From a bacterium (GTDB lineage Bacteria > UBA10199 > 2-02-FULL-50-16 > JAJFLM01), in assembly GCA_965216315.1 (NCBI GenBank), contig CBDCFN010000016.1:1216001-1280000 (forward strand): DNA of 64,000 nucleotides, in the 5' to 3' direction. The notes beneath the pieces were generated by a model. That model saw nothing but the letters and a program-made list of their open reading frames with translations. It was not told where the DNA came from and searched no databases. Position 1 is the stretch's first letter. Every line of letters begins with the position of its first letter. Below, piece by piece: positions 1 to 11,763 of this stretch. A program made the translations under genes and the position numbers.

Positions 1-144
1 TCAGGCTGTCACATCGGGGTGTGTCCGCCCTGTACCGCGGTGAGAGGCTACGAACAAGCCGACCTGATCGATGGGATTGAAATCGTGGGGGCCTCGGCCA
101 TTTGGAACCGCGTCAAAGAGGGTGCGGTCATTTTAAGTTACTAA
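1..144 (+). CDS. 3' end of a probable DsrE/DsrF-like protein (partial)
   Basis: Frame 1 reads SGCHIGVCPPCTAVRGYEQADLIDGIEIVGASAIWNRVKEGAVILSY*. The CxxC..RG...DLIDG pattern is typical of DsrE-family C-termini. Confidence 0.6.
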   Translation, partial: SGCHIGVCPPCTAVRGYEQADLIDGIEIVGASAIWNRVKEGAVILSY

Positions 145-169
145 GGCAATTAAAAGGGCCGCTTAATCG

Positions 170-1633
170 CTAATACCGGATCAGCGAACAGCCACCGCTA
201 CTCGCTTCGTCGCCGGTCCCACCGTCACCCGTCGGCGTGCAGACGGAGGGCTCGCCGGTACAGTCAAAGTCCGCCTCCACTTGGCACGTGGCATCGCAGC
301 CGTCACCCGCTGCGGTGTTGCCATCATCACAGACTTCCCCGGCGTTGGTGTTGATTGAGCCGTCGCCACAGGCCGTGACCTCGTCGGCACCCATGTCGGG
401 GGCGGAGCCGAGCGTACGCGGGTCACCGTCAATATCTTCAGTCGGAAGTTCAGGTGCGGCCGGATCTCCCTGGTCGATGAGCGGCGAGGTACTCTGGAGG
501 TGCAAGTCTCCCGCGCTGGCATCGACAAAAAGCGGGTCAACATCGAGATTATTCATTGAGCTGATGGTCGAGGTGCAGCTTCCACTGTTACAGTCTTCCG
601 AGAGATCTGAATAATTATTATTATGTATCGTGACGGTATTACCGATATTATTCGCATCATCGTCGCTGTTGAAAATGTCAATGTCGCCACCGGAAGTTGT
701 GGCCGTATTTCCCCAGGCGATATTATTATAAATGTCGATATGTTGACTGTCGGCAGTGCTGAACGCTCTTAATCCGCCACCGAGATTGGAACTATTGTCG
801 TGAACCGTATTGTGCGTGAACACTGCCGTTCCACCGGTCCCGAATAACATACCGGCCAATCCGCCACTGCTATTGTCGGCCGAATTTCCAAAGGCGATAT
901 TATTGATTAGCGTCGCCGAGCCGGTATCGAAGGTGAGCATACCGGCCCCTCCGCCGTTATTGCCGGCATGGTTGCCATCAAAGATATTATTTTCAAGTGT
1001 TACCGAGCCGCTTGCGAAGCCAAGAAAAGCAGCTCCGCCACCGTTATTGTCGGCATCATTGCTCACGAAGTTATTGTGGCGGATAATTCCGGCGCCATCA
1101 TTGGTCAGCACGCCGAGGCCCCCGCCGTTATTGGTGGCTTTGCCGCCGGTGAAGCTACAGTGTTCAACTGTGACTGGCGCCTGCGTGGTGCCGATCAGTA
1201 AATTGCCACCATTGTTGGCTCCGCTGCCATCAACAAAGGAAATATGACGCACGGTGGTACTAGCCGCAGAATCATCAGATAGGCCGGACGTTATAATGCT
1301 CAGTCCTCTCGCGAGCATTCCGCCGTCGATTATCGTCTGACCGACGCCGGCCCCTTCGATGGTCAAGGCAAAGTTTTCTTCCGACAAGGCGGTCGCATCA
1401 GCGAGATAGCTGAAAGTTGCACCCGACGCATCGTAAGTCCCCGCCGCGATATTGATCGTATCCGCCTCGTCATTATCTTGTGCTGCGGTGAGGGCGGATT
1501 GCAGATCGCAGTCGTTATCCGTGCAGTCATTATCCGAAGTTTCAGTGACCGTAAAAGTCGCTGCGTGGGACGGAATGGCTGCCCATGCCATGACGGCACA
1601 ACCGAAAAAAAACGTTGCGATAAGTTTAAGCAT
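170..1633 (-). CDS. Secreted/surface beta-helix protein with Pmp-like GG repeats, a choice-of-anchor-Q-like segment, a Myxococcus Cys-rich repeat and a C-terminal GGCSLIRY motif
   Basis: Signal peptide (SHA-ATF); repeated NNGGG motifs; DPLFVD..GDLHLQSTSPLIDQG...DIDGDPR...PDMGADE; CGDG...EVCDDGNTAAGDGCDATCQVE. Confidence 0.75.
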   Translation of the reverse strand: MLKLIATFFFGCAVMAWAAIPSHAATFTVTETSDNDCTDNDCDLQSALTAAQDNDEADTINIAAGTYDASGATFSYLADATALSEENFALTIEGAGVGQTIIDGGMLARGLSIITSGLSDDSAASTTVRHISFVDGSGANNGGNLLIGTTQAPVTVEHCSFTGGKATNNGGGLGVLTNDGAGIIRHNNFVSNDADNNGGGAAFLGFASGSVTLENNIFDGNHAGNNGGGAGMLTFDTGSATLINNIAFGNSADNSSGGLAGMLFGTGGTAVFTHNTVHDNSSNLGGGLRAFSTADSQHIDIYNNIAWGNTATTSGGDIDIFNSDDDANNIGNTVTIHNNNYSDLSEDCNSGSCTSTISSMNNLDVDPLFVDASAGDLHLQSTSPLIDQGDPAAPELPTEDIDGDPRTLGSAPDMGADEVTACGDGSINTNAGEVCDDGNTAAGDGCDATCQVEADFDCTGEPSVCTPTGDGGTGDEASSGGCSLIRY

Positions 1634-1777
1634 GATAGGGCCCCTCCCCGGCGGTGAATTTATGTCGCGCTATTGTAGCAGAGGGCACAAAGGCAGAGCA
1701 ACACCGATTCCTCCCCATTTTCTCCAGTCATAACATACCTTGACAGCTCAGCCCGTTTTCTTGGATAAGAACCCCCT

Positions 1778-2872
1778 ATGACCGAAAAACGCGTCTATAA
1801 TTTCTCTGCCGGGCCCGCGACGCTGCCGCTGCCCGTGCTCAAACAAGCCCAAGAGGAATTTCTTTCCTATCAGGGCAGTGGGATGTCGGTCATTGAGATG
1901 AGCCATCGTTCCAGTTGGATTAGTGAGGTCTTTGAGCGGGCGGAGCAGAACCTGAGAACTCTCCTCAAGGTTCCGGATGACTATGATGTCTTGTTTCTGC
2001 AGGGCGGGGCGCGCCTGCAGTTCGCGATGATCCCGATGAACTTCTTAAACGACGGGCAGTCCGCGGATTACATCCTGACCGGGTCGTGGGGGAAGTATGC
2101 GCTCAAAGAAGCCAAGGGGATCGGCAAGGTCCGTCTGGCGTGGAGTGGCGAAGAAGACAATTTTAATCGGGTGCCGGCCGATGACGAACTGGATCTCGAT
2201 AAACAAGCGGCCTACGTGCATTACACCTCCAATGAAACGATTCAGGGCGTTGAATTCAGTACGGAACCTGCCTGTGCGGATGTGCCGTTGGTCTGTGACA
2301 TGTCCTCCGATTTTATCTCGCGACCGATCGATGTAAGCAAATACTCCCTGATCTACTCCGGAGCGCAAAAGAATGCCGGTCCGGCCGGCGTGACGATGGT
2401 CATCTTGAGAAAAGAACTCAAGGATCGCATTAAGGACGGCCTGCCGCAGATGCTCGACTATCGCGTCCATGCGGAGAAAAAATCGCTCTACAACACGCCG
2501 CCGGTCTTTTCCGTCTACATCGTCAGCCTCGTGACGCAATGGCTCTTAGATGAATTTGGTGGCCTTGATAAGGTCCAGGAGTTCAATCGAAAGAAGGCGG
2601 ATCTACTCTATAAGGTGATCGATGCGAGTGGCGGCTTTTATCGCGGGCACGCGGTCGAAGAAAGCCGTTCGCTGATGAACGTCGCCTGGCGTCTGCCGAG
2701 TGAAGAGTTGGAGCAACAATTCATCGCGGAAGCGAAGGCGGTCGACCTGCTCGAACTCAAGGGTCATCGGTCGGTCGGGGGCATTCGGGCCTCGATCTAT
2801 AATGCGATGCCGCTGGAAGGGGTTCAGGCCCTGACGGCTTTCATGCAGGCGTTCCAGCAAAAGAACGGCTAG
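1778..2872 (+). CDS. serC: Phosphoserine aminotransferase
   Basis: YNFSAGPA, EMSHRS, GAQKNAGP (PLP lysine), NTPP, GHRSVGGIRASIYNA. Confidence 0.97.
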   Translation: MTEKRVYNFSAGPATLPLPVLKQAQEEFLSYQGSGMSVIEMSHRSSWISEVFERAEQNLRTLLKVPDDYDVLFLQGGARLQFAMIPMNFLNDGQSADYILTGSWGKYALKEAKGIGKVRLAWSGEEDNFNRVPADDELDLDKQAAYVHYTSNETIQGVEFSTEPACADVPLVCDMSSDFISRPIDVSKYSLIYSGAQKNAGPAGVTMVILRKELKDRIKDGLPQMLDYRVHAEKKSLYNTPPVFSVYIVSLVTQWLLDEFGGLDKVQEFNRKKADLLYKVIDASGGFYRGHAVEESRSLMNVAWRLPSEELEQQFIAEAKAVDLLELKGHRSVGGIRASIYNAMPLEGVQALTAFMQAFQQKNG

Positions 2873-2924
2873 TCCTCATCTTGACATCCCCGAGAATACA
2901 GGCTTTATTGGCGTCCTTCTTATT

Positions 2925-5806
<2,882 letters not shown>

Positions 5807-5870
5807 CAGACCCCCTCTCTTCCGCTATAACTTCCTTGAATGATTAGAGAAATTCCGGCATCATAGCTTT

Positions 5871-6944
5871 ATGCCCAAGACGGATGTCGCCTCCTTTAAA
5901 GTCAAATATCTGCAGATCCTCGACGCGGAAGGCAAATTGCTGGATGCCGCGCCCCCGGAGCTTTCGCCGGACCGCATGAAAGAGCTGTTTCGGATGATGG
6001 TTCTGATCCGCGAGTTGGATCGCCTGGCCGTTAATTACCAGCGCCAGGGTCGCATGGGGACCTATGCGCCGGTCGAGGGTCAGGAGGCCTGCCAGGTCGG
6101 GAGCGTGGCGGCGATGACGGATGATGACTGGGTTTTCCCGGCCTTTCGTGAGCAGGGCATGTTTTTGATGCGTGGGTTACCGATGCGGGCGATGTTGCTC
6201 TATTTCATGGGATGTGAAGAAGGGAATCGCGTTCCGGAGGGCAATAACACCTTTCCCGTCTCCGTTCCCGTCGCGTCGCAGATTCCTATCGCTGTCGGTT
6301 GTGCGATGGCGCTGAAATTGAAGAAACGACCCGGCGCGGCAATCACCTATTTTGGTGACGGCGCGACCTCGGAGGGTGATTTTGCAGAGGCACTTAATTT
6401 TGCCGCTGTTTATAAGACTCCCAATCTCTTTATCTGCCAAAACAATCAATGGGCCATCTCGGTACCGCGTTCCCTGCAATCCGCCTCTCAAACCTTGGCG
6501 CAAAAGGGAATCGCCTGTGGAGTAGAATCACTTCAGGTCGACGGGAATGATTTGCTAGCCGTATATGCCGCATCAAAAGCCGCGTTAGAGCGAGCTCGCA
6601 AAGGAGAGGGCGCTACATTTTTAGAGTTGGTAACTTATCGCCGACGCATGCACACGACCGCCGACGATCCCAAAAAATATCAGGATGAGAAAGAGCATGA
6701 AGAGCGCTTGAAGAACGATCCGGTACAGCGCTTCGGAAACTTCTTAAAGGATCACGGCATCATTGATGATGATTTTCAGGAAAGTATTCGGGCGGAAGCG
6801 GAAAAGACGATGAAAACCGAGTATGCGGCGGCGGAGGAGATCGCGAAGGGGATGAGTGTTGAGGATATTTTTAAGTACACTTACGAGCAGATGCCGGAGC
6901 ATTTGCGGAGACAACTGGAAGAGTTGAAGTCTTATGGCGATTGA
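5871..6944 (+). CDS. pdhA: 2-oxoacid (pyruvate or branched-chain) dehydrogenase E1 alpha
   Basis: RQGRMGTY, GDGATSEGDF...QNNQWAIS TPP motif, HTTADDP. Confidence 0.88.
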   Translation: MPKTDVASFKVKYLQILDAEGKLLDAAPPELSPDRMKELFRMMVLIRELDRLAVNYQRQGRMGTYAPVEGQEACQVGSVAAMTDDDWVFPAFREQGMFLMRGLPMRAMLLYFMGCEEGNRVPEGNNTFPVSVPVASQIPIAVGCAMALKLKKRPGAAITYFGDGATSEGDFAEALNFAAVYKTPNLFICQNNQWAISVPRSLQSASQTLAQKGIACGVESLQVDGNDLLAVYAASKAALERARKGEGATFLELVTYRRRMHTTADDPKKYQDEKEHEERLKNDPVQRFGNFLKDHGIIDDDFQESIRAEAEKTMKTEYAAAEEIAKGMSVEDIFKYTYEQMPEHLRRQLEELKSYGD

Positions 6945-7929
6945 TTGGGACAAAGAACAAAAGAACATGGTTGAGGCGATCAACCAGGCGCAGTACGTCG
7001 CCCTCAAGGAGGACGCGGATGTCGTCGTCTTAGGAGAGGACGTCGGGGTCGATGGGGGGGTATTCCGGGCGACGGATGGTTTGATCGATGAGTTCGGCAA
7101 AGACCGCGTCATGGATACGCCGCTGGCGGAGGCGGCTATCGTCGCGACGTCGATCGGGATGGCCTTGGCGGGACTGAAACCTATTTGTGAAATTCAGTTT
7201 TCGGGTTTTATCTACCAGGCCTTTCATCAGATCGAGCAGCAAATGGCGCGGATTCGCCAGCGGACGCGCGGACGTTTCCATGTGCCGATGGTTTGTCGTG
7301 CGCCCTATGGCGGCGGGATACGGGCCCTCGAGCACCACTCCGAGAGTCGCGAGGCCTATTTTGCCCACACCCCGGGTTTGAAGGTCGTGATGCCCTCGAC
7401 GCCTTACGATGCGAAGGGTTTGTTGTTGGCCGCGGTGAAGGATCCGGATCCGGTCATTTATTACGAACCGAAGCGACTGTATCGGGCCTTTCGTGAGCAG
7501 GTGCCGAGTGGTTGGTATGAGGTCCCGATTGGCAAGGCTAAGCTGTTGCGCGAAGGCAAGGATCTGAGCCTGATTACCTGGGGGGCCTGCGTCGGCAATT
7601 GTATGGAAGCCGCCGAAGAATTGGCTGGGGAGGGCGTTAAGGTGGAAGTGATCGATGTCCGGACGATATCCCCCTTGGATTCGGATATGTTAGTCGAGTC
7701 GTTGAAGAAAACGCAACGCGCGGTGATTGTGCACGAAGCCAACCGCAGCTTTGGGCCGGGAGCCGAGATTATTACACGTCTGCAGGAGGAGGCCTTTCTC
7801 TACTTGAAAGCGCCGCTCCGTCGGGTTACAGGCTATGACGTGCACGTCCCGTATTTTGTCTTAGAAGAGGCCTACCTTCCCAGTACGCCCAAGGTGTTAC
7901 GGGCGGTGCGGGAAACTCTGGCATTTTAA
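6934..7929 (+). CDS. pdhB: 2-oxoacid dehydrogenase E1 beta
   Basis: GEDVGVDGGVFRAT, DTPLAE, EIQFSGF, EHHSES. Confidence 0.88.
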   Translation: MAIDWDKEQKNMVEAINQAQYVALKEDADVVVLGEDVGVDGGVFRATDGLIDEFGKDRVMDTPLAEAAIVATSIGMALAGLKPICEIQFSGFIYQAFHQIEQQMARIRQRTRGRFHVPMVCRAPYGGGIRALEHHSESREAYFAHTPGLKVVMPSTPYDAKGLLLAAVKDPDPVIYYEPKRLYRAFREQVPSGWYEVPIGKAKLLREGKDLSLITWGACVGNCMEAAEELAGEGVKVEVIDVRTISPLDSDMLVESLKKTQRAVIVHEANRSFGPGAEIITRLQEEAFLYLKAPLRRVTGYDVHVPYFVLEEAYLPSTPKVLRAVRETLAF

Positions 7930-7954
7930 TACTGTTTGTCATTGCGAGGAGCAC

Positions 7955-9211
7955 ATGAGTCTAGAATTTAAATTCGCCGACTTAGGTGAAGGCATCACTG
8001 AAGGAGAACTGGTCAAGTGGCTGGTCAAGGTCGGTGATCAGGTCAAAGAACATGATCCCGTCGCCGAAGTGGAGACGGATAAGGCTATCGTCGAAATTCC
8101 ATCTCCCTATAGTGGGGCCGTCGAAACCTTGAACTATGCGGAGGGCGACGTCGTCCATGTCGGTGATGTATTGATGACATTTACGGGAGCCGGTGAGGCG
8201 GCTGCCGCGCCCGCTGAGCAGGAGGCACTGCCTGAAGTAGCGGAAAAAGAAGCCGCGTCGCCAGCCGTACCGACCCCAACGCGTCCCTCCGGGATGCACT
8301 TACCCGCGTTAGCGAGTCCGCACACGCGGCGCTTAGCCCGCGAACTTGGGGTTGATATTGAACAGATCAAAGGAAGCGGTACGGGCGGCCGCGTCACCGA
8401 CGAAGATGTCCGTCGCGGACAGGAGACGGAACGAAGCGAAAAGGCGGCCGTCAAACACATCATCAAGTCCTCCGCGGATGAGGCCTTGAGTGTGGAGATG
8501 TTTTCCAAGTGGGGTGAGATCGAGCGCAAGCCCTTGAATAGTACCCGCCGCCATATTGCTCAGCACATGGTCCAGGCCCAGTTATTGACGGCACCGGTCA
8601 CGCATATCGATGAAGCGGATGTGGGCGATTTGGTCGATGTTCGCATGCAGATGAAAGAAAAGGCGGCAAAAAAGGGCGCCAAGCTCACCTATCTTCCCTT
8701 TATGATTCGTGCGGTTCAGACCGGTCTGCGAGATTTCCCTACCTTGAACGCGACGATCTTGGGCGACGAAATTATTTATAAGAAATATATCAATATTGGT
8801 TTTGCGGTCGAGACCGAAGAAGGCTTGTTGGTTCCGGTAATCAAGAATGTGGCGGACAAATCCTTGTTGGATCTTGCCGTTGAGTTGCAGGAATTGTCCG
8901 ACCGGGCGCGAAGCCGCAAGATCGATTTAGCGGACCTGAAGGGGAACTCCTTTACGATCACTAACTTGGGAAGCATCGGGGGTCGTTATTTCACGCCGAT
9001 CATCAATTACCCGGACAGTGCGATTCTAGGTTTTGGTCAAAGCTATGAAAAGCCGGTGGTGCGGGATGGTCAAGTCGTTGTCAGGCCGGTGATGAGTCTC
9101 AACCTGACCTTCGATCATCGTATCGCCGACGGCGCGACGGCCGCGCAATTTGTCAACCACGTCAAAGAACGGCTTGAAGATCCACAAGTGTTATTCATGG
9201 ATATAGATTGA
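7955..9211 (+). CDS. pdhC: Dihydrolipoamide acyltransferase E2 (one lipoyl domain)
   Basis: ETDKA lipoyl lysine, ASPHTRRLARELG E3-binding segment, DHRIADG catalytic motif. Confidence 0.9.
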   Translation: MSLEFKFADLGEGITEGELVKWLVKVGDQVKEHDPVAEVETDKAIVEIPSPYSGAVETLNYAEGDVVHVGDVLMTFTGAGEAAAAPAEQEALPEVAEKEAASPAVPTPTRPSGMHLPALASPHTRRLARELGVDIEQIKGSGTGGRVTDEDVRRGQETERSEKAAVKHIIKSSADEALSVEMFSKWGEIERKPLNSTRRHIAQHMVQAQLLTAPVTHIDEADVGDLVDVRMQMKEKAAKKGAKLTYLPFMIRAVQTGLRDFPTLNATILGDEIIYKKYINIGFAVETEEGLLVPVIKNVADKSLLDLAVELQELSDRARSRKIDLADLKGNSFTITNLGSIGGRYFTPIINYPDSAILGFGQSYEKPVVRDGQVVVRPVMSLNLTFDHRIADGATAAQFVNHVKERLEDPQVLFMDID

Positions 9212-9279
9212 CTATGACGGCTGTATGCAGCGCATACGGATTCCATAAGGAAGGGGTTACAGTTCGCGACAGCGGACGT

Positions 9280-9306
9280 CCTAGGGGAAACCTCGTTTCC
9301 CCTGGG
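9280..9306. repeat. Intergenic hairpin (REP-like or attenuating stem-loop)
   Basis: CCTAGGGGAAAC-CTC-GTTTCCCCTGGG, a 12-bp stem between E2 and E3. Confidence 0.5.
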
Positions 9307-9380
9307 AAATATGTGGAAGTTGCAGAAATGAATGAGATTTACGTGCATTGCGTAGCAATGCCCATGAGGTCAATGTAGCT

Positions 9381-10793
9381 GTGGTTATGGGCGATATCCA
9401 GGAAGGGGTCGATGTCGTCGTCATTGGGGCGGGACCCGGCGGCTATGTCGCGGCGATACGTGCGGCCCAGCTCGGACGTGAGGTCCATCTCGTCGACTCC
9501 CTCGATCGTTTAGGCGGTGTCTGTCTTAATTGGGGCTGTATTCCTTCAAAGGCCCTTATTCACGTGGCCAATTTTTTTAATGATTTAGGTGCTGCCGGTG
9601 ATTTTGGCGTCAATATCGAGCAGAGTTCACTGGATTCTCAAAAGATGCAGGAGTGGAAAGAGGGGATTGTTGACCGTCTCTCCAAAGGTATCGGCCAGTT
9701 ATGTAAGGATAACGGCGTAACGGTTCACAAGGGAACGGCGCATTTCACCAGTGACAAGTCACTCGCTATCGATTCCGGCGATCGACTGGCCTCTTATCAT
9801 TTTAAAAACGCGATTATTGCGACGGGCTCGACTGAGATTGAGATCCCTGGCCTGGCCTTTGATGATAAGAAAGGAATCGTGTCCTCCCGCGGAGCCCTCA
9901 GTTGGACGGAAGTTCCACAACGCTTGGTCGTCGTCGGTGGAGGCTACATTGGTATCGAACTGGGTACGGTCTTCGCCAAGTTTGGCAGCCAGGTGACGAT
10001 TGTCGAGGCCCTCGATCGTATCTTGACCGGCATGGATCCCGATATCGTTAAACCGGTGGAGCGTAAACTTAAAAAACTTGGCGTTGACGTGCGGCTTAAT
10101 GCCAAGGCCGAGTCGTTTACGGATAAAAAGTTAATGCTCGAAGGTGGCGAGATGGTTGAAGCCGACAAAGTCTTGGTGGCTGTGGGTCGTAAACCGAATA
10201 CGGCCTCACTTGAGCTCAACAGTGCCGGAGTGGAACTCGACGAGAAAGGCTTTATCAAGACCCAACCCAATGGACAGACCTCTTGTTCGCATATCTATGC
10301 GATCGGTGATGTGGCCGGCGGGATGCTGCTCGCACATAAAGCAAGTGCCGAAGGAAAAGTGGCGGCCGAAGCGATCTGTGGTCAGGCCGCGGCCTTGGAT
10401 AGTCTGGTGCCGGCGGTTATCTTTTCGGACCCTGAGATTGCTAGCATTGGTTTGAATGAACACGAGGCACGTACACAAGGTTACCAGGTTGAAACCGGTC
10501 AGTTTCCTTTTGCAGCGCTAGGACGGGCGATGGCGGCCCATGCGACGGATGGTTTTGTTAAAGTCGTGTCCGATGCCCAAAGCCGGCGTCTGTTAGGTTT
10601 TCAAATCGTCGGGGGTCATGCCTCGGAATTAATTGCGACGGCGACGCATGCCCTCGAAATGGGGGCCTTATCCGATGACCTGGAACTCGTGATCAATACC
10701 CACCCGACCTTCGCCGAAGCGATTGGGGAGGCGGTGGAGTCGATTTACGGCAAGGCGATTCATCTTTCGCCGCGCAAACAGAAGCGTACCTAA
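9381..10793 (+). CDS. lpdA: Dihydrolipoamide dehydrogenase E3
   Basis: GAGPGGY, GGVCLNWGCIPSK redox disulfide, HPTFAE. Start placed at GTG 9381 (MVMGD); the ORF track start is 9348. Confidence 0.95.
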   Translation: MVMGDIQEGVDVVVIGAGPGGYVAAIRAAQLGREVHLVDSLDRLGGVCLNWGCIPSKALIHVANFFNDLGAAGDFGVNIEQSSLDSQKMQEWKEGIVDRLSKGIGQLCKDNGVTVHKGTAHFTSDKSLAIDSGDRLASYHFKNAIIATGSTEIEIPGLAFDDKKGIVSSRGALSWTEVPQRLVVVGGGYIGIELGTVFAKFGSQVTIVEALDRILTGMDPDIVKPVERKLKKLGVDVRLNAKAESFTDKKLMLEGGEMVEADKVLVAVGRKPNTASLELNSAGVELDEKGFIKTQPNGQTSCSHIYAIGDVAGGMLLAHKASAEGKVAAEAICGQAAALDSLVPAVIFSDPEIASIGLNEHEARTQGYQVETGQFPFAALGRAMAAHATDGFVKVVSDAQSRRLLGFQIVGGHASELIATATHALEMGALSDDLELVINTHPTFAEAIGEAVESIYGKAIHLSPRKQKRT

Positions 10794-11521
10794 TCTTGTT
10801 TGGATAATTTTTCCGTAACTTGAAGCGCATTCCGACACAATCCCCGAATGATCCGCACTTCTTGTGAGGTGGGGCGTGCCCGATTAAAGAGGCGCCGCAG
10901 GATACGCGGGATGCGGTCGCGGTTTTGGGCGTCGAAATACTTCACGGCTTCATACAGTTCATCGAGGTGGTTGTACATTCCTTCGAGTTCATCGATGGAG
11001 GCCTCATCGGCCGGAAAGGAGGTCTCGATTTCAATCTGGCCCCGGCTGATTTCATAGAGAGCGACGAGGACGGCAGCGGAAAGGTTAAGCGAGGGCACTT
11101 GTTCAGAAGTAGGGATTTGGACGAGCTGTTGGCAGGCATCGGCCTCGCGCGTCGTGAACCCGCGTTTTTCGGGGCCAAAGACGAAGGCGACGCCGTGATC
11201 GCTCTTGAAATGTTTGTGGGTCGTGGTCGCGAGATCTTCCATCGAGAGGAGCTGGCAGCGGTGCCGGCCGAGACGGCGCGTGAAACCGACGGACCAGTGG
11301 CAACCACTGAGCGCGGCTTCGAGGCTAGAAACGGTTTGAGATTTTTCCAGAATGGGATAGGCGGCCATCGCCATGGCCTTGGCGTCGCTGGCAGTCGTGT
11401 CCGCTTTCGGGCTGACGAGGATCAGCTCCTCATAGCCCATATTGCCCATGGCGCGGGCAACGGAACCGAGATTGCCGGAAAACTCCGGTTCGATCAGCAC
11501 TATCCGTAGCGGTTGGCCCAT
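10790..11521 (-). CDS. trmJ: TrmJ/LasT-family SPOUT RNA methyltransferase
   Basis: GNLGSVARAMGNMG, VFGPEKRG, SLNLSAAV, EVRIIRG. Confidence 0.85.
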   Translation of the reverse strand: MGQPLRIVLIEPEFSGNLGSVARAMGNMGYEELILVSPKADTTASDAKAMAMAAYPILEKSQTVSSLEAALSGCHWSVGFTRRLGRHRCQLLSMEDLATTTHKHFKSDHGVAFVFGPEKRGFTTREADACQQLVQIPTSEQVPSLNLSAAVLVALYEISRGQIEIETSFPADEASIDELEGMYNHLDELYEAVKYFDAQNRDRIPRILRRLFNRARPTSQEVRIIRGLCRNALQVTEKLSKQD

Positions 11522-11545
11522 GGGGCCTTCTAGCCTAGATAGTTT

Positions 11546-11671
11546 TTAAAGGAAAGTTCCAAGGTCGGAGGGATTGAAATCAGTCTCGATTTCCTGATTC
11601 AGGCGCTCAAATGAGCTTTCCCTCTCCTCAGATGCGCCTTGGTTAGGCTGCATTAAGCAATTCATCGTCAT
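11546..11671 (-). CDS. Possible 41-aa small protein
   Basis: AGGAAGGA SD-like word directly before ATG; ORF reads MTMNCLMQPNQGASEERESSFERLNQEIETDFNPSDLGTFL; fills an intergenic gap. Confidence 0.35.
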   Translation of the reverse strand: MTMNCLMQPNQGASEERESSFERLNQEIETDFNPSDLGTFL

Positions 11672-11763
11672 ATCCTTCCTAGCACCCAGTTCCAGTTGAT
11701 CTTTTGCTTAATGGATATTATCGGTAGCGCTTACTTTCGAGTTTCCTGAGAGGAGAGAGGATT

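Noticed and set aside
1721..1732. TCTCCAGTCATA shared with the sequence near 26029
   Set aside because: A 12-bp match with no shared context, plausibly chance.
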